Source: Octopus vulgaris (Eukaryota). From it: a stretch of 64,000 nt of DNA. Location: the NCBI GenBank assembly GCA_951406725.2, contig OX597833.1:49290001-49354000 (forward strand), written 5' to 3'. Numbering within the stretch: position 1 is the first letter of the stretch; every line of letters begins with the position of its first letter. The notes beneath the pieces were generated by a model. The model saw only the letters and a list, made by a program, of their open reading frames with translations, was not told where the DNA came from and made no database searches. Of this stretch, positions 1 to 14,100 are shown in pieces. A program made the position numbers and the translations under genes.

Positions 1-1005
1 GACGAAAGGGGTTTTAATTCACCAGGACAACGCTCCAACACACAAGTCCTTGGTTTTAATGGCTGCTGTTCGTGTCTATAGCTTTGAACTGGTTGATCAG
101 CCAGCCTCCTTATTGTCCTCATTTGACCCCATCTGACTATTATCTATTTCTTTACTACCCACAAGGGGCTGAACACAGAGAGGACAAACAAGGACAGACA
201 AACGGATTAAGTCGATTATATCGACCCCAGTGCGTAACTGGTACTTAATTTATCGACCCCGAAAGGATGAAAGGCAAAGTCGACCTCGGCGGAATTTGAA
301 CTCAGAATATCTGACTATCATCTGTTCCCCAAGATCACCTGGCTGGGAACCAGTATCGCAGAGATGATGACGTCGTATCTGCTGTTGTCTTTTTTTGACC
401 AACAGGATGAATGCTTGTTCACCAATGGAATCCAAGCGCTGCAACACCGATGGAAGAAGTATGTGGGCTGCAAGGGGGGGGGGGGGGCTATGTTGAAAAA
501 TAAGCTTCATGTGGTCACATTTCATGAACGTATAGGCGCAGGAGTGGCTGTGTGGTAAGTAGCTTGCTAACCAACCACATGATTCCGGGTTCAGTCCCAC
601 TGCGTGGCATCTTGGGCAAGTGTCTTTTGATATAGCCTCGGGCCGACCAATGCCTTGTGAGTGGATTTGGTAGACGGAAACTGAAAGAAGCCTGTCGTAT
701 ATATGTATATATATATATATATATGTATATGTATGTGTGTGTGTGTTTGTGTGTCTGTGTTTGCCCCCCCCCTCCTAGCATTGCTTGACAACCGATGCTG
801 GTGTGTTTACGTCCCCCGTAACTTAGCGGTTCGACAAAAGAGAGAGCGATAGAATAAGTACTGGGCTTACAAAAAGAATAAGTCCCGGGGTCGATTTGCT
901 CGACTAAAGGCGGTGCTCCAGCATGGCCGCAGTCAAATGACTGAAACAAGTGAAAAGAGAGTAAGAGTATCATGGTCAGCCAATGAACTTTTCAGCCGAT
1001 TCTCG
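1..1005 (+). mobile_element. mariner transposon 3' remnant (degenerate transposase C-terminus plus right TIR), interrupted by two SINEs
   Basis: IHQDNAPTHKS, frameshifted P/SDY-like segment, FTNGIQALQHRWKKYV...YVEK*. TIR-like gaacttttcagccgattctcgt at 985-1006. SINE at 146-308 flanked by duplicated atctgactat(t/c)atct. Confidence 0.8.
533..965 (+). mobile_element. SINE family A (tRNA head, CORE-like domain, internal TA/TG microsatellite, ...gaaacaagtaaaagag tail)
   Basis: ggcgcaggagtggctgtgtggtaag head with B-box-like gggttcagtccc; CORE-like gtggca(t/c)cttgggcaagtgtctt. About 20 copies, e.g. 1105-1507(-), 9325-10048(+), 11328-11740(+), 14153-14552(+), 17432-17826(-), 42535-43260(-), 51485-51889(-), 53035-53565(+), 56175-56562(+), 56940-57333(-), 61828-62216(-). 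Confidence 0.9.
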
Positions 1006-1104
1006 TGGGACGCTCCGGACCGAGAATCGAACTTAGGCATTATGATCAGTTGCCTAACTACTAAACCACTCACCTTGTTTGTTTATTTGTTTGTTTGTTT
1101 GTTT

Positions 1105-1507
1105 ACTCTTTTACTCTTTTACTTGTTTCAGTCATTTGACTGCGGCCATGCTGGAGCACCGCCTTTAGTCGAGCAAATCGACCCCCCAGGACTTATTCTT
1201 TGTAAGCCCAGTACTTATTCTATCGGTTTTTTTTTTTTGCCGAACCGCTAATTGACGGGGACGTAAACACACCAGCATCGGTTGTCAAGCAATGCTAGGG
1301 GGACAAACACAGACACACAAACACAGACACACATACATATATATATATATATACATATATACGACAGGCTTCTTTCAGTTTCCGTCTATCAAATCCACTC
1401 ACAAGACATTGGTCGGCCCGGGGCTATAGCAGAAGACACTTGCCCAAGATGCCACGCAGTGGGACTGAACCCGGAACCATGTGGTTGGTTAGCAAGCTAC
1501 TTACCAC
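1105..1507 (-). mobile_element. SINE family A copy
   Basis: Reverse complement of 533-965. Confidence 0.9.
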
Positions 1508-1585
1508 TTCTAACTTTATTATTTCTCTCTTTCGCTAAATCTGTCAATCTGTCTGTCTGTCGGTCTCTCTTTCTCTGTCTCTCTT

Positions 1586-1617
<32 letters not shown>

Positions 1618-1721
1618 GCACGCACACACATACACACACTCATAAATTCGAAACTCATTTTTTTTTCTTATCGTATGGTGTTGAAAGAACATTTTATGCA
1701 CATTACTTTTATTCGGTCAAC

Positions 1722-1805
1722 CCCAGCTCCAGCACCACCACCAGCACCACCACCGCCAGCACCACCAACAGCACCACCACTACCACCACCAGCACCACCA
1801 GCACC

Positions 1806-1836
<31 letters not shown>

Positions 1837-2243
1837 CCACCACCACCACCACCACCACCACCACCACCAGCACCAGCACCACCACCACCAGCACCAGCAC
1901 CACCAGCACCAGCACCACCAGCACCACCAGCACCACCACCAGCACCAGCACCACCAGCACCAGCACCACCACCAGCACCACCACCAGCAGCATCACCACC
2001 ACCACCACCACCACCACCAGCCCCACCAGCCCCACCAGCACCACCACTAATACCACCGCCACCACCACCACCACCAGCACCACCACCAGCACCACCACCA
2101 CCAGCACCACCACCACCAGAACCACCACCACCACCAATACCACCAGCACCAGCACCACCACCAGCACCACCACCAATACCACCAGCACCAGCACCACCAG
2201 CAGCACCACCAGCACCACCAGCACCAGCACCACCACCACCACC

Positions 2244-2274
<31 letters not shown>

Positions 2275-2290
2275 CCACCACCACCACCAT
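1722..2290. repeat. (CCA/GCA)n trinucleotide low-complexity tract
   Basis: accaccacc/gcaccacca repeats; explains the poly-Pro and poly-Val ORFs. Confidence 0.95.
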
Positions 2291-2572
2291 TACAACCTTG
2301 TGTTTTGAACTGTGCGTGCTAAATTTCTTATGGTGCTGCGTATGTTGTTGTTAAAATCTGGAAACCAAAACAAAACGAAACGAAGTAAAACAAAACAGGA
2401 CATCATAAACCTTTTCTCTGATGCTAGTCAATCACCTGTAGCATCTTACTTTTCACATCATGTCACGTCACCCCACTTAACATATTACCTTAACAATATT
2501 ACCTTAACATTAATTTAGAGTAATATGTAGTATTTTGTCATGTATATTGTCGTTAAGGAAATATTTTGTGTA

Positions 2573-2603
<31 letters not shown>

Positions 2604-2608
2604 CATAC

Positions 2609-2641
<33 letters not shown>

Positions 2642-2846
2642 CATATATGTAATAGCGTATATTTATGAAGCTCGTGTGTTGATAACAGCCAGATCAAATT
2701 ATCATAATATATTCTTGTCACATTGCTGAAATTATCTGTTCTAATATAAACAAACATATCAATCATGATTATTCCAGAAACTTCTGGTGCGACACAATCA
2801 CCTGATGAAACACCAGCGTAAAATTTTCGATCATCTGGTAAGGAGT

Positions 2847-3625
2847 GGAAGCACTCCGTCGGTTGATCCGAATCAACGGAACAGCCTGCTCGTGAAATTA
2901 ACGTGTAAGTGGCTGAGCACTCCACAGACACGTGCACCCTTAACGTAGTTCTCGGGGATATTCAGCGAGTGACACAGAGAGTGACAAGGCTGGCTCCCTT
3001 TGAAATACAGGTACAACAGAAACACGAAGTAAGAGTGAGAGAAAGTTGTGGTGAAAGGGTACAGCAGGGATCACCACCATCCCCTGCCGGAGCCTCGTGG
3101 AGCTTTAGGTGTTTTCGCTCAATAAACACTCACAACGCCCGGTCTGGGAATCGAAACCGCGATCCTACGACCGCTTGTCCGCTGCCCTAACCACTGGGCC
3201 ATTGCGCCTCCACTGGTAAGGAGTATGGTACAAATCATTGGAAGCACTCCGTCGGTTACGACGACGAGGGTTCCGGTTGATCCGAATCAACGGAACAGCC
3301 TGCTCGTGAAATTAACGTGTAAGTGGCTGAGCACTCCACAGACACGTGCACCCTTAACGTAGTTCTCGGGGATATTCAGCGAGTGACACAGAGAGTGACA
3401 AGGCTGGCCCCATGAAATACAGGTACAACAGAAACGGGAAGTAAGAGTGAGAGAAAGTTGTGGTGAAAGAGTACAGCAGGGATCACCACCATCCCCTGCC
3501 GGAGCCTCGTGGAGCTTTAGGTGTTTTCGCTCAATAAACACTCACAACGCCCGGTCTGGGAATCGAAACCGCGATCCTATGACCACGAGTCCGCTGCCCT
3601 AACCACTGGGCCATTGCGCCTCCAC
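2847..3625 (-). mobile_element. two tandem copies of tRNA-derived SINE family C
   Basis: Minus-strand head gtggaggcgcaatggcccagtggttagggcagcgg with B box ggtttcgattccc; flanked by repeats of ctggtaaggagt(atggtacaaatcatt). Other copies 8636-9005(-), 29454-29835(+), 35869-36250(+). Confidence 0.9.
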
Positions 3626-3991
3626 TGGTAAGGAGTATGGTACAAATCATTACATATTGTAAATATAACATGCTTTTTCGCTGATTATAAGAGTATCATA
3701 TCATGTCCATTGCTGATAAATCTAAAGAAACTAGGTGATGCTAGATGAGCGTATTTATTTCTTTATTGCACACAAGGGGCTAAACATAGAGGGGACAAAC
3801 AAGGACATACAAAGGGATTAAGTCGATTACATCGACCCCAGTACGTAACTGGTACTTATTTAATCGACTCCGAAAGGATGAAAGGCAAAGTCGACCTCGG
3901 CAGAATTTGAACTCATAACGTAGCGGCAGACGAAATACCTATTTCTTTAAATGGTGCTCCACCATGGCCGCAAGCAAATGAAGAATAAATG

Positions 3992-4169
<178 letters not shown>

Positions 4170-4179
4170 ACTAGTTCAA

Positions 4180-4523
4180 ATCTTCTTTAAAACAAAAGAC
4201 GATGACAGGCGAAGGAACAAGAAGTAGGTGAATTTTTTCGACACTCGGGAAGAATGGAAAAGTCATTGACGTTTCGAGCCTACGCTCTTCAACAGAAAGG
4301 TTTGAGAGGGAAAAATGGAGAAAGAGCGAAAAAAAAATAAAATAAAACGGTGAGAGAAACAAATGCGTAGGTGAGGGGGAAAAGGGAGTTGGTTAAAGGG
4401 CCTTTTGGATAATGGTGAGGCGATATCCAAGTAGAGTGAAGTGGTGATCCATGAGTTGAGACTGGGTTTCAGAGTTATGGTCATCACTGCAGAGCCGGCA
4501 TAGAGGGAGGAATTGGGAGCAGG

Positions 4524-4528
<5 letters not shown>
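4180..4528 (-). mobile_element. Penelope-like retroelement fragment (RT thumb remnant plus hammerhead-like pLTR)
   Basis: Minus strand translates IPCSQFLPLCRLCSDDHNSETQSQLMDHHFTLLGYRLTIIQKAL, matching the Penelope RT C-terminal pattern IPYSQFLRLRRxCS...F..RGYP. Followed by ctgttga-a-gagc-gtag-gctc-gaaacgtc. Confidence 0.75.
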
Positions 4529-4557
<29 letters not shown>

Positions 4558-4560
<3 letters not shown>

Positions 4561-4956
4561 TCTATATATATAAAAGTCAAGTTGTGTGTCTGTCTCCTAC
4601 GATTTAGATTCCTAACTACTCCCACATTTTGCGGAGCAGTTTAACCAAAAGTGGGTATCTTATAGTCGTGATTCATATCGAGCTCTTCTGGGTATTAGCG
4701 CGCGTCTACGATGAGTCTACGATTTAAAAAAAAATTACCATAATTTTTTTCCATTTTAATGCATTTTTTTCGCTATTATATAAGGGAAGTAACTCTCTAA
4801 AAATGTCTACGATGAGTCAACGATTAAAAAAAAATTTACCATAATTTTTTTTCCATTTTTAATGCATTTTTTGGCTATTTTTTGGCTATAAGTCTCTAAA
4901 AATGCTTATATAGTTATTTCCCTTACAAACCCGAGCAACGCCGGGCGATACTGCTA

Positions 4957-4958
<2 letters not shown>
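4558..4958 (+). mobile_element. non-autonomous Helitron
   Basis: 5' TCTATATATATAAA start, 3' hairpin cccgagcaacgccggg followed by CTAG|T. Confidence 0.75.
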
Positions 4959-5006
<48 letters not shown>

Positions 5007-5012
<6 letters not shown>

Positions 5013-5155
5013 AAGCACATAAATGTGAAGCAAGGTGGAAAAAAAGTAGTACTCTAATACCGGAGGTAGAGTAATATCCTTTATTAATAAACTTGCAAAG
5101 ACATCACGAAAACTGTTACTCGGAGTTTTACGTTCCCGTTCGTCGGTCAGTTTTG
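5007..5155 (-). mobile_element. short Penelope-type pLTR with degenerate hammerhead, adjacent to (TA)n
   Basis: Reverse-complement homolog of 50285-50432; minus strand ccgacga-acgggaacgt-aaaactccgagta-acag. Confidence 0.6.
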
Positions 5156-5189
5156 GTTTGAGATTCTATATATGTATTAATATATATAT

Positions 5190-5420
5190 ATTTCTTTACT
5201 ACCCACAAGGGGCTAAACACAGAGGGGACAAACAAGGACAGACAAACGGATTAAGTCGATTATATCGACCCCAGTGCGTAACTGGTACTTAATTTATCGA
5301 CCCCGAAAGGATGAAAGGCAAAGTCTACCTCGGCGGAATTTGAACTCGGTACGTAACGGCAGACGAAATACGGCTACGCATGTCGCCCGGCGTGTTAACG
5401 TTTCTGCCAGCTCACCGCTT
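5190..5420 (-). mobile_element. SINE family B monomer with ~20-bp TSD
   Basis: Minus-strand head gcggtgagctggcagaaac...gagttcaaattccgcc, tail ...aaagaaata. TSD tatgtattaatatatatata on both sides. Other copies 146-308, 3752-3948, 6568-6793, 9545-9728, 12860-13048, 27585-27815, 54328-54557, 62540-62770. Confidence 0.9.
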
Positions 5421-5720
5421 TATGTATTAATATATATATAACTGGTCTATAACTGACGAAGGATTGATCTTCTCTGCGTCTATTGCCCCCGCGCATATTT
5501 TCTGGGGTTTTTTCCGTATGTCCTGTTGTTTTCCCTTTCTCTGTGTTACATTTTTATTGATAATATTAAAATGTTTTTTTTACTTGTCCACTGCCACGGC
5601 TAAGAAAGGATTATTTGAACTCAGAACGTAAAGACGGACGAAATGTCGCTAAGCATTTTGCTCGGCGCGCTAACGATTCTGCCAACTTTCCGTTTAAAAA
5701 AAGAAGAACAAAACGCCTAA

Positions 5721-5762
5721 ACGTCCCTGGTTGGGTTCGAACCTCTAACTTTTCGATCAACA
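5721..5762 (-). pseudogene. degenerate 3' half of tRNA-Asn
   Basis: Minus strand tgttgatcgaaaagttagaggttcgaacccaaccagggacg resembles the eukaryotic tRNA-Asn 3' half (…GTTAACCGAAAGGTTGGTGGTTCGAGCCCACCCAGGGACG); no D arm or 5' acceptor strand present. Confidence 0.55.
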
Positions 5763-6793
5763 CCATTTATAATTCCAGAAACATCAATTAAACTTTTCTG
5801 TCTTCATATTGGTATTTCTCAGTTGAAGAACCATACAGTTTTTATAACGCTGATAATGTGAACAAATTAGAATTATTAACGGACATATACTCAGACAGCA
5901 TCGACAATCAAACTGTAATCTTTTATTCAAAGACACACACAAAGATATAATAAGTATTACAAATACAAACGTGAAACGAACGACCATCAAGACGTACTTC
6001 AATTCCTAATCTATTGTATCTATTTCATCTAACCTAACCTGTCTGCGTTTCAACTATATTATTTCTAACCTTAACACTAACTAACACAGTTGCAGAACGA
6101 TCAAGTACATAAAAATCGCATCTTTGTTTCTACAATGGGTGGTAATAAAAGATTTGTCTGGGTTAGCTTAACTCTCAATTGAAAGACAATTGCTCTGAAA
6201 TATATTATCACAAAGGAATTTGATGTCTCTACAGGAATTAAACCCAAACAAAGGAGGCTGTTGCAGTTGCTATATACAGTCTTTCATATTCCTTCGTTTT
6301 GTTATCATTTAACATTTAAAATGTAAAATAATTAAATTAAATGTTTTCTTTTGCTGTGTTTTGGTGCTAAATACCATACAATGTAAAAATATGAACTTAC
6401 TATGAAAACTATTTTTTGTTATTGTGCGGTTTTTAAATACAAAATAACGATTATATACTTCCTTCAGAATGTATCTTTCGTCTATTTTAATTTTAAATAC
6501 AAAATAATTATATACTTCCTTTGAAAATGCATCTTTGTGTTTTGATTATAAATCTCTCTATATATATATTTCATTATTGCCCACAAGGAGCTAAACACAG
6601 AGGGGACAACCAAGGACAGACAAAGGGCTTAAGTCGGTTACATCGACCCCAGTGCGTAACTGGTACTTAATTTATCGACCCCGAAAGGATGAAAGGCAAA
6701 GTCGACCTCGGCGGAATTTGAACTCAGAACGTAGCGGCAGACGAAATACGGCTACGCATTTCGCCCGGCGTGCTAACGTTTGTGCCAGCTCGC

Positions 6794-7180
6794 TATATAA
6801 AGCTGAAGTTGTCTGTGTGTGGCAGGTTTGGTAGCCTTCAACTAACACTATCTCCTCCGAGACCCTGTGGCGCAAGTTGATCAAATTTGAATGTATGATA
6901 GAAGAAGGCTTGCTCTTCATTCCGTAGCAGATAAAATTCAAATCCGACCTTGTTAAGACCAAAATTATTTACACCAAAAAGGTGCTTTTTTTCTATGAAA
7001 ACCCCGATTTTTTAACGATTTTTTTTTACTGCTGTGTCGCCATTTTTCGGTGTATTTCAACCAGAAAAATGTTCACTTAAAGAGAATAACAAGCTACATA
7101 ATGCAAAAGTTTTACTTTTCAAAAATTCCAATTCTAAAGGGTCGAAACAAACCCGAGTAACGCCGGGCGTAACTGCTAGT
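6794..7180 (+). mobile_element. non-autonomous Helitron (second family)
   Basis: Ends cccgagtaacgccggg...ctgCTAG|T; reverse copies at 32052-32446 and 38289-38683. Confidence 0.75.
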
Positions 7181-7569
7181 GCAAAATAAAAATGACTTAA
7201 TGCCATGATGCCTTTTCCATGCGCTGCTCCCAGTCCTAACTATTGACTCTAGCTGCACAAGGCTTAGCTTTTTGGCGCACGAATCTTATTTTATAGATCA
7301 CGGAGGGACGAAAGATAAAGTTAACTTCGATTCAGTACTATTTGAACTCAGAACATAATGAGCCGTAACCACATAGTGCAAGGTATTTTGTCCGGCGCTT
7401 TGCCAACCCAACTCCCTATATACGTTAAAAATCCTTTCTACTATAGGCACAAGGCCTGAAATTTAGGAGAAGGGGTTAAGTCGATTAAATCGATCCCAGT
7501 ACTCAACTGGTACTTAATTTATCAATTCTGAAGGATGAAAGGACATCTTATTGTGACAGACATCTTATT

Positions 7570-8356
7570 TTAAGCCATTGCCTGCTATGAGCCCCATTAG
7601 GGGATCTGTTAAAAAGCAGTCTCATTGCCGGTTGTTCGTTGTATTCAGAGTGAATTACTTATGTACATACGAGGTGTGTTTTTTTTCATCTAGTTTCTGC
7701 TCACGATCTGTGGCCATGCTGGGACACCGCCATTTGGTGTTGCTACATAATTTTACTTCACGAATGCTTTTTAGCAATTGACATTTGGTGCATGACAGAG
7801 TTTGATGCAGTTGCTCTCATCTGCACCTCCTGCCGCGAGGTTGGTTCTTCTGGGACACCTGACAGGAAGAGGTCCAGCTTTATTTTGAAGACACCTATAT
7901 CCACCCATGCAGGTCTCTCAGGTCCTTCGGGAGGATATTGAAGAGCTGTGGACTTCTGAAGCCCAGGCTATTGCAGTATCTTGTCCTACATCTTGATGGC
8001 AAATTTGGAGTCCTTGGCACTATGTTGTGGAGCCCAGTTCTAGTATTTGTGTAACTCTCGATGCCAAACTTTTGGAACAAGTCCTTCCAGGATCTTCCAG
8101 ATAATATTTCATACACATTCGCATTTGATACTACAGCTTTGAAAAAAAAAGCTAAGATGTTTACTATTGCAATTGAATAGAAAAGGATAAATATGCTTTT
8201 TTCAGCGATCCCCATTTGGGACTTTTCGAAATAATTATCATAATTTCCAAAATAATTCACATATGAAGAAAATTTAAATACTATTTATTTTAACTCCTAA
8301 GACACTTGGCAAAGCCAAAAAATATGAATAAAAAAATTTGTCAGTGAATGGGTTAA
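7570..8356 (+). mobile_element. TTAA-bounded (piggyBac-like) MITE whose middle is replaced by a LINE fragment
   Basis: Ends ttaagccattgcc...gaatgggttaa; both ends align with the intact copy at 43658-44158. Confidence 0.7.
7700..8100 (-). mobile_element. CR1/L2-group LINE 3' end (RT C-terminus plus 3' UTR)
   Basis: ...RTRYCNSLGFRSPQLFNILPKDLRDLHG, then frameshifted FKIKLDLFLSGVPEEP, typical of CR1-group ORF2 termini. Confidence 0.7.
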
Positions 8357-9487
8357 TCAATGCTGCTTTCTACCAATATCTGTTTCGCCTGGTTACTTAT
8401 TCCATCCGTTACTTTTCTCTCGTATCGTTCCTGAACCCTTTCCCAGAAGTGAATACTTTAAATTGCCTTTTCTCAAGTGTTTTTCTTGAAACATTACCGC
8501 TCACGTTTCCGCATGACATTCAAATTTACCATATCATTACAGTAGCGTAGCCTCATTCTAAAGGTAAGGGGAACGAGCACATAAAAAAAAAGATTTCGCG
8601 ACACATGCCAAACAATCTTATATTAGTTATAACATGTGGCACTCCGTCGGTTAAGACGACAAGGGTTCCATTTGAACCGATCAATGGAACAGCATGCTCG
8701 TGAAATTAACGTGCAAGTGGCTGAGCTCTCCACAGACACATGTACCCTTAACGTAGTCCTCGGAGAGATTCAGCGTGACACAGTGTGTGACAAGGCTGGC
8801 CCTTTGAAATACAGGTACAAAAGAAGCAGGAAGAAAGAGTGAAAGAAAGTTGTGGTAAAAGAATACAGCAGGGTTCGTCACCACCCAATGCCGGCGCCTC
8901 GTGGAGCTTTAGGTGCTTTCGCTCAATAAACACTCACAACGCCCGGTCTTGGAATCCTTTAACCGTGAGTCCGCTGCCCTAACCACTGGGCCATTGCGCC
9001 TCCACAGTTCGAATATACATACTTGTAGTCACATTCATTAATTTCATATTTCAGTAACACTCTCATTATGTATGAAACTTACAAGTATTGATAAAAGTAT
9101 GATGCGAAAATGATGAAACTCTAAGGGATCGTCCAGTGTTGAGAGATTATGACGTCCGGGTTTGTTTTGTTTCTTTTGATGTCAGCGACCACCAACACAT
9201 CACATGGCATTAAGCAGACAGTTCAAAAACTCTGGAGGTTGGCCAAAGAAAGTAATGATTCCAGAAGGTTCTACCAAGACCATTCATTGTTTCACAGTAT
9301 ATTCATATATTGAAAATATATATAGGCGAAGAAGTGAGAGACTAGGCGTAGCTTACTTCCCAACCACATGGTTCCGGGTTCAGTCCCACTGCGTGGCACC
9401 TTGGGCAGTGTCTTGTACAATAGCCTTGGGCGGACCAAAGCCTTGTGAGTGGATTTGGTAGACGGAAACTGAAAGAAGCCCGTCATA

Positions 9488-9544
<57 letters not shown>

Positions 9545-9787
9545 GACGTTACGTTCTGTCGTTACGTTCATAGTTCAAATTCCGCCGAGGTTAACTTTGC
9601 CTGTCATCCTTTCGGGGTCGATAAATAAAGTACCAGTTTCGCACTGGGGGCGATATAATCGACTCAATCCCTTCGTCTGTCTTTGTTTGTCCCCTCTATG
9701 TTTAGCCCATTCTGGGCAGTAAAGAAATATATATATATATATACGTATATATATATATACGTGTGTGTGTGTGTGTGTGTGTGTGCC

Positions 9788-9818
<31 letters not shown>

Positions 9819-10469
9819 ATTTGCATGTTTGTATGTTTCTATGTCTGTATTTGCACCCCCAACCATCGCTTGACAACCGATGCTGGTGTGTTTATGTCCC
9901 CGTCACTCTAGCGGTTCGGCAAAAGAAACCGATATAATAAGTACGAGGCTTACAAAGAACAAGTCCTGGGGGGATCGATTTCTTCGACTAAAGGCAGGCG
10001 GGGCTCCAGCATGGCCGCAGTCAAATGACTGAAACAAGTAAAAAGAATAACCTTGCTGGGAAGTACGTTCCAATTTTCCGGAAATTTGCGAAGATAACAG
10101 AAATACCAGTTTTAAGCGCATTAACCTCATACTAATTTCCGCTTAACACGACCGGATTTTCACGAAATTTTAGCCGCTTATCGAAAACGGTGCACGGCTT
10201 TAAGTAAGTAACGACCTACTTATTGCTATCTCTTGCAAAGCTCATTTGTATACAGGTATACAGGTAATACTATAGTTCACCCCCTTAGTCATTTTCTGCA
10301 TACGGATGTTATTCACTTACAACCTTGACCCCTTCATGTAAAAAACCTGTATTGTCTTCGTAAACATGAATGTTATAAAAATAATTCACGAATGAATGAA
10401 ACAACAATCTTATCTGTTAGCAACACAAGACATAATTACTGCATTTTATGTCTCGTCATGTCTGGTAAA

Positions 10470-11115
<646 letters not shown>

Positions 11116-14100
11116 CTATAAATAAATGCGCTCTTTTAAAGCCTAACCAGGCTCATGGTCCCGTCAAAGTTCTTTAGCAATACCAGGTTTCAGTTCTTGT
11201 GCTGTAATGCGGCGGCTTGTGTACCAGTGGCATATGGTGGTTGTTGTATCGGGTATTCTGCCACGCCCAGTGCCACCAAATTTCAAGCAGAGGTATAACA
11301 AGTTTTGCATTAAGATTTGTGATTACATAGGAGTGGCTGTATGGTAAGTAGCTTGCTTACCAACCACATGGTCCCGGGTTCAATCCCACTGCGTGGCACC
11401 TTGGGCATGTGTCTTCTACTATAGCCTCGGGCCGACCAAGGACTTGTAAGTGAATTTGGTAGACGGAAACTGAAAGAAGCCCGTCGTATATATGTATATA
11501 TACATATACATATTTGCGTGTGTGTGTGTGTGTATGTTTGTGTGTCTGTATTTGTCCCGCAACATCGCTTGACAACCGATGCTGGTGTGTTTACGTTCCC
11601 GTAACTTAGCGGTTCGGCAATAGAGACTGATAGAATAAGTACTAGGTTTACAAAGAATAAGTCCTGGGGTCGATTTGCTCGACTAAAGGCGGTGCTCCAG
11701 TATGGCCACAGTCAAATGACTGAAACAAGTAAAAGAGTAAATTAATGAAGGAGTAAGGTTAATGTATATAATGAATTTGCCATTTTCAATGGGTTTGCAG
11801 CCATATTAATGTAATAACCATTCGTTCATCTGACCCCAATCAGATTGTGTTGTCTCATTCTATGTTGTCCCCTTGTGGGAAGTAAAAAAAGATCAACTTT
11901 CCATCCATTGGAGAGAATTCCTGCTTAAAGCCAAACGTTGCTGGCGTTCCGGGCAAAATTATTTTCGAGGACCTTAAAAATACTTTCACGAAGAGCAAAA
12001 TCTGCAAATGTTTTATTAAAAACACTGTTCATTTTCTTTATTATTTTCCCATATCATTCTTTTTTCGAAGATTACATATGCCTAACGTGGTATCCCTTTG
12101 GTATGAACGTTCCGAGCGATTGCCCGTGATGGCTGTAATGCCTTCATCCGCTCTCCGTCCAAATATTCCGATTCCTCCTTAAAGCCAGAAAATGTTTCAG
12201 CCCATATCAATTGCAGATTCTACAAATTTTAAATGAGATTCCTGCTGGAATACTTCACCCACATTTGGGATTGAGACTTCGTATTGGCAGACTCTTTAGT
12301 GGGTGGGATAAAACGCCTCGCGATATTTGTTCCGACTCACCGCGTTTTGAGTTCAAATTACCCCAAGGTCAACTTTTCCTTACACACCATTTTTTATTTT
12401 TACCTTTTTACTTGTTTCAGTCATCAGACTGCGGCCATACTGGAGCATTGCCTTGAAGAATTTTTAGTCGAAAGAATCTTTTTGATTTGTATCATTTAGC
12501 CAGGAGGAAAAAGCAGTGTCCATGACCCTTTCTAGGGTATCGAAGACGCTTTGAATGTAATGAAGAATATGTTCAAACCTGTCCAAAATGCTTGGAACAT
12601 AGTGGACTACACTATAGGCATTCAAGAACAAATTAGCTGTTTGCCATTTCCACACGGTCCTTTCTTCCTCTCGCCACCCCACATAAAACCTTTTGCTCGT
12701 TCTATCCTCCTCAGAATGTCAGTCTTCTAGAGTTCCCTTCCCGGCCACGTCTTTGTAAATGTCGACCTGTTGATATTCAAACAGTACTTCATCTATATTA
12801 TTAATTGCTGCTAAGGATATAGTATTTTGTTTTGCAACCATAATATACTATACCAAACGTACGGGTTTCAAATTTTGGCTCAAGGCCAGCATGTTTGGAG
12901 GACTCGACTTGTACTTATTTTATCGACCCCGAAAGGAATGAAAGGCAAAGTTGACCTCGGTTGGAATTTGGACTCAGAACGCAAAGACGGACGAAATGCT
13001 GCTAAGCATTTTGTCCGACGTGCTAACTATTTTGCAAGCTCAACGCCTTATATACTTGTATGTATATTATAAGCCTATATGTCAATATTGTGCCTCACCT
13101 GTGTTAATAGTGCTATTAAATCACTTTTTAAAGTCATCTTTATAGAAATTAACTTTAAAAAGTGATCAACTGGAATTAACTTTAAAAAGTGATCAACTGC
13201 GTTAATCTCATCAGTCGTATCGAGATATCGAAAATAATGGCATTACTCCTCCATTGTATCTCAACATCTTAACAAAGCTAATTTACTTACATACATTACT
13301 TACATACAGAGAGAAGTTTGTGAGATGGTTTGTGGGCAAAATCTGCCTATATTCTCATGAAATAGCTCTCAATTTCCGGGAGAAAGAAGACCAGAGCCCC
13401 CAAGACAATTGCAGAAACAGTTGAGAAGAGTTCCAACGTGATCTGGCCAAAGAAGAATGAAAGTGAATTTCAGAAGGTATAATCTACCTTACGTCCAAGG
13501 TGTCTTGGCTCGGGGGTACCTTAGCTATCTATGAGGATAGCAATGGAAAGCGTAGAATAGAATGTGGCAGCAGAGGATTATTGAGGAGTCATGACCTGGA
13601 ATGCGACTCGGCCCCCTTAAAGGGGTTACGAGCTGAAACACTTGCATGATTGGGGAAGGGACTTCTTCTTTGAAAACCTTCGTTGTTCAACTCTCCCTAG
13701 AGTTTCTTACAAGTTTCTACCAGTCGAACCGTTCAGTGAGTTTTGAATCTGAACCATTTTTGTGTTTATCACCAACAACCGACTGGCATCCGGTGTTTTG
13801 CCTCAGAATCTTCTGAATTCGAAGGTTGACACACAAATCTCAACATGAAATATTTTCGTTGCAAAAACAGTAGTATCTTTTTTTTTTTTTTTTACTTTTC
13901 AGTACAACCTTTAATTTTTGATAAAATTTTAAAAAACGTTTGTTTAGATAAATCCAGTTCAAGAAAGTATCAAGCGGGCCGCAAGACAAAAGTCTGCAAG
14001 CCTCAGGTTGCCCAGCTCTGATCTAGATCAAATAACAAGCTTTTGAATGTAGCTCGGTCCGGATTTTTAAGTAGAAAATTAACATTCGACCACGGTTATA

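Noticed and set aside
1282-2322. 346-aa proline-rich ORF (formin- or extensin-like) and antisense poly-Val ORF
   Set aside because: Starts in a SINE and crosses CT/CA microsatellites; the Pro tract is a stop-free (CCA/GCA)n repeat with no domain or splice support
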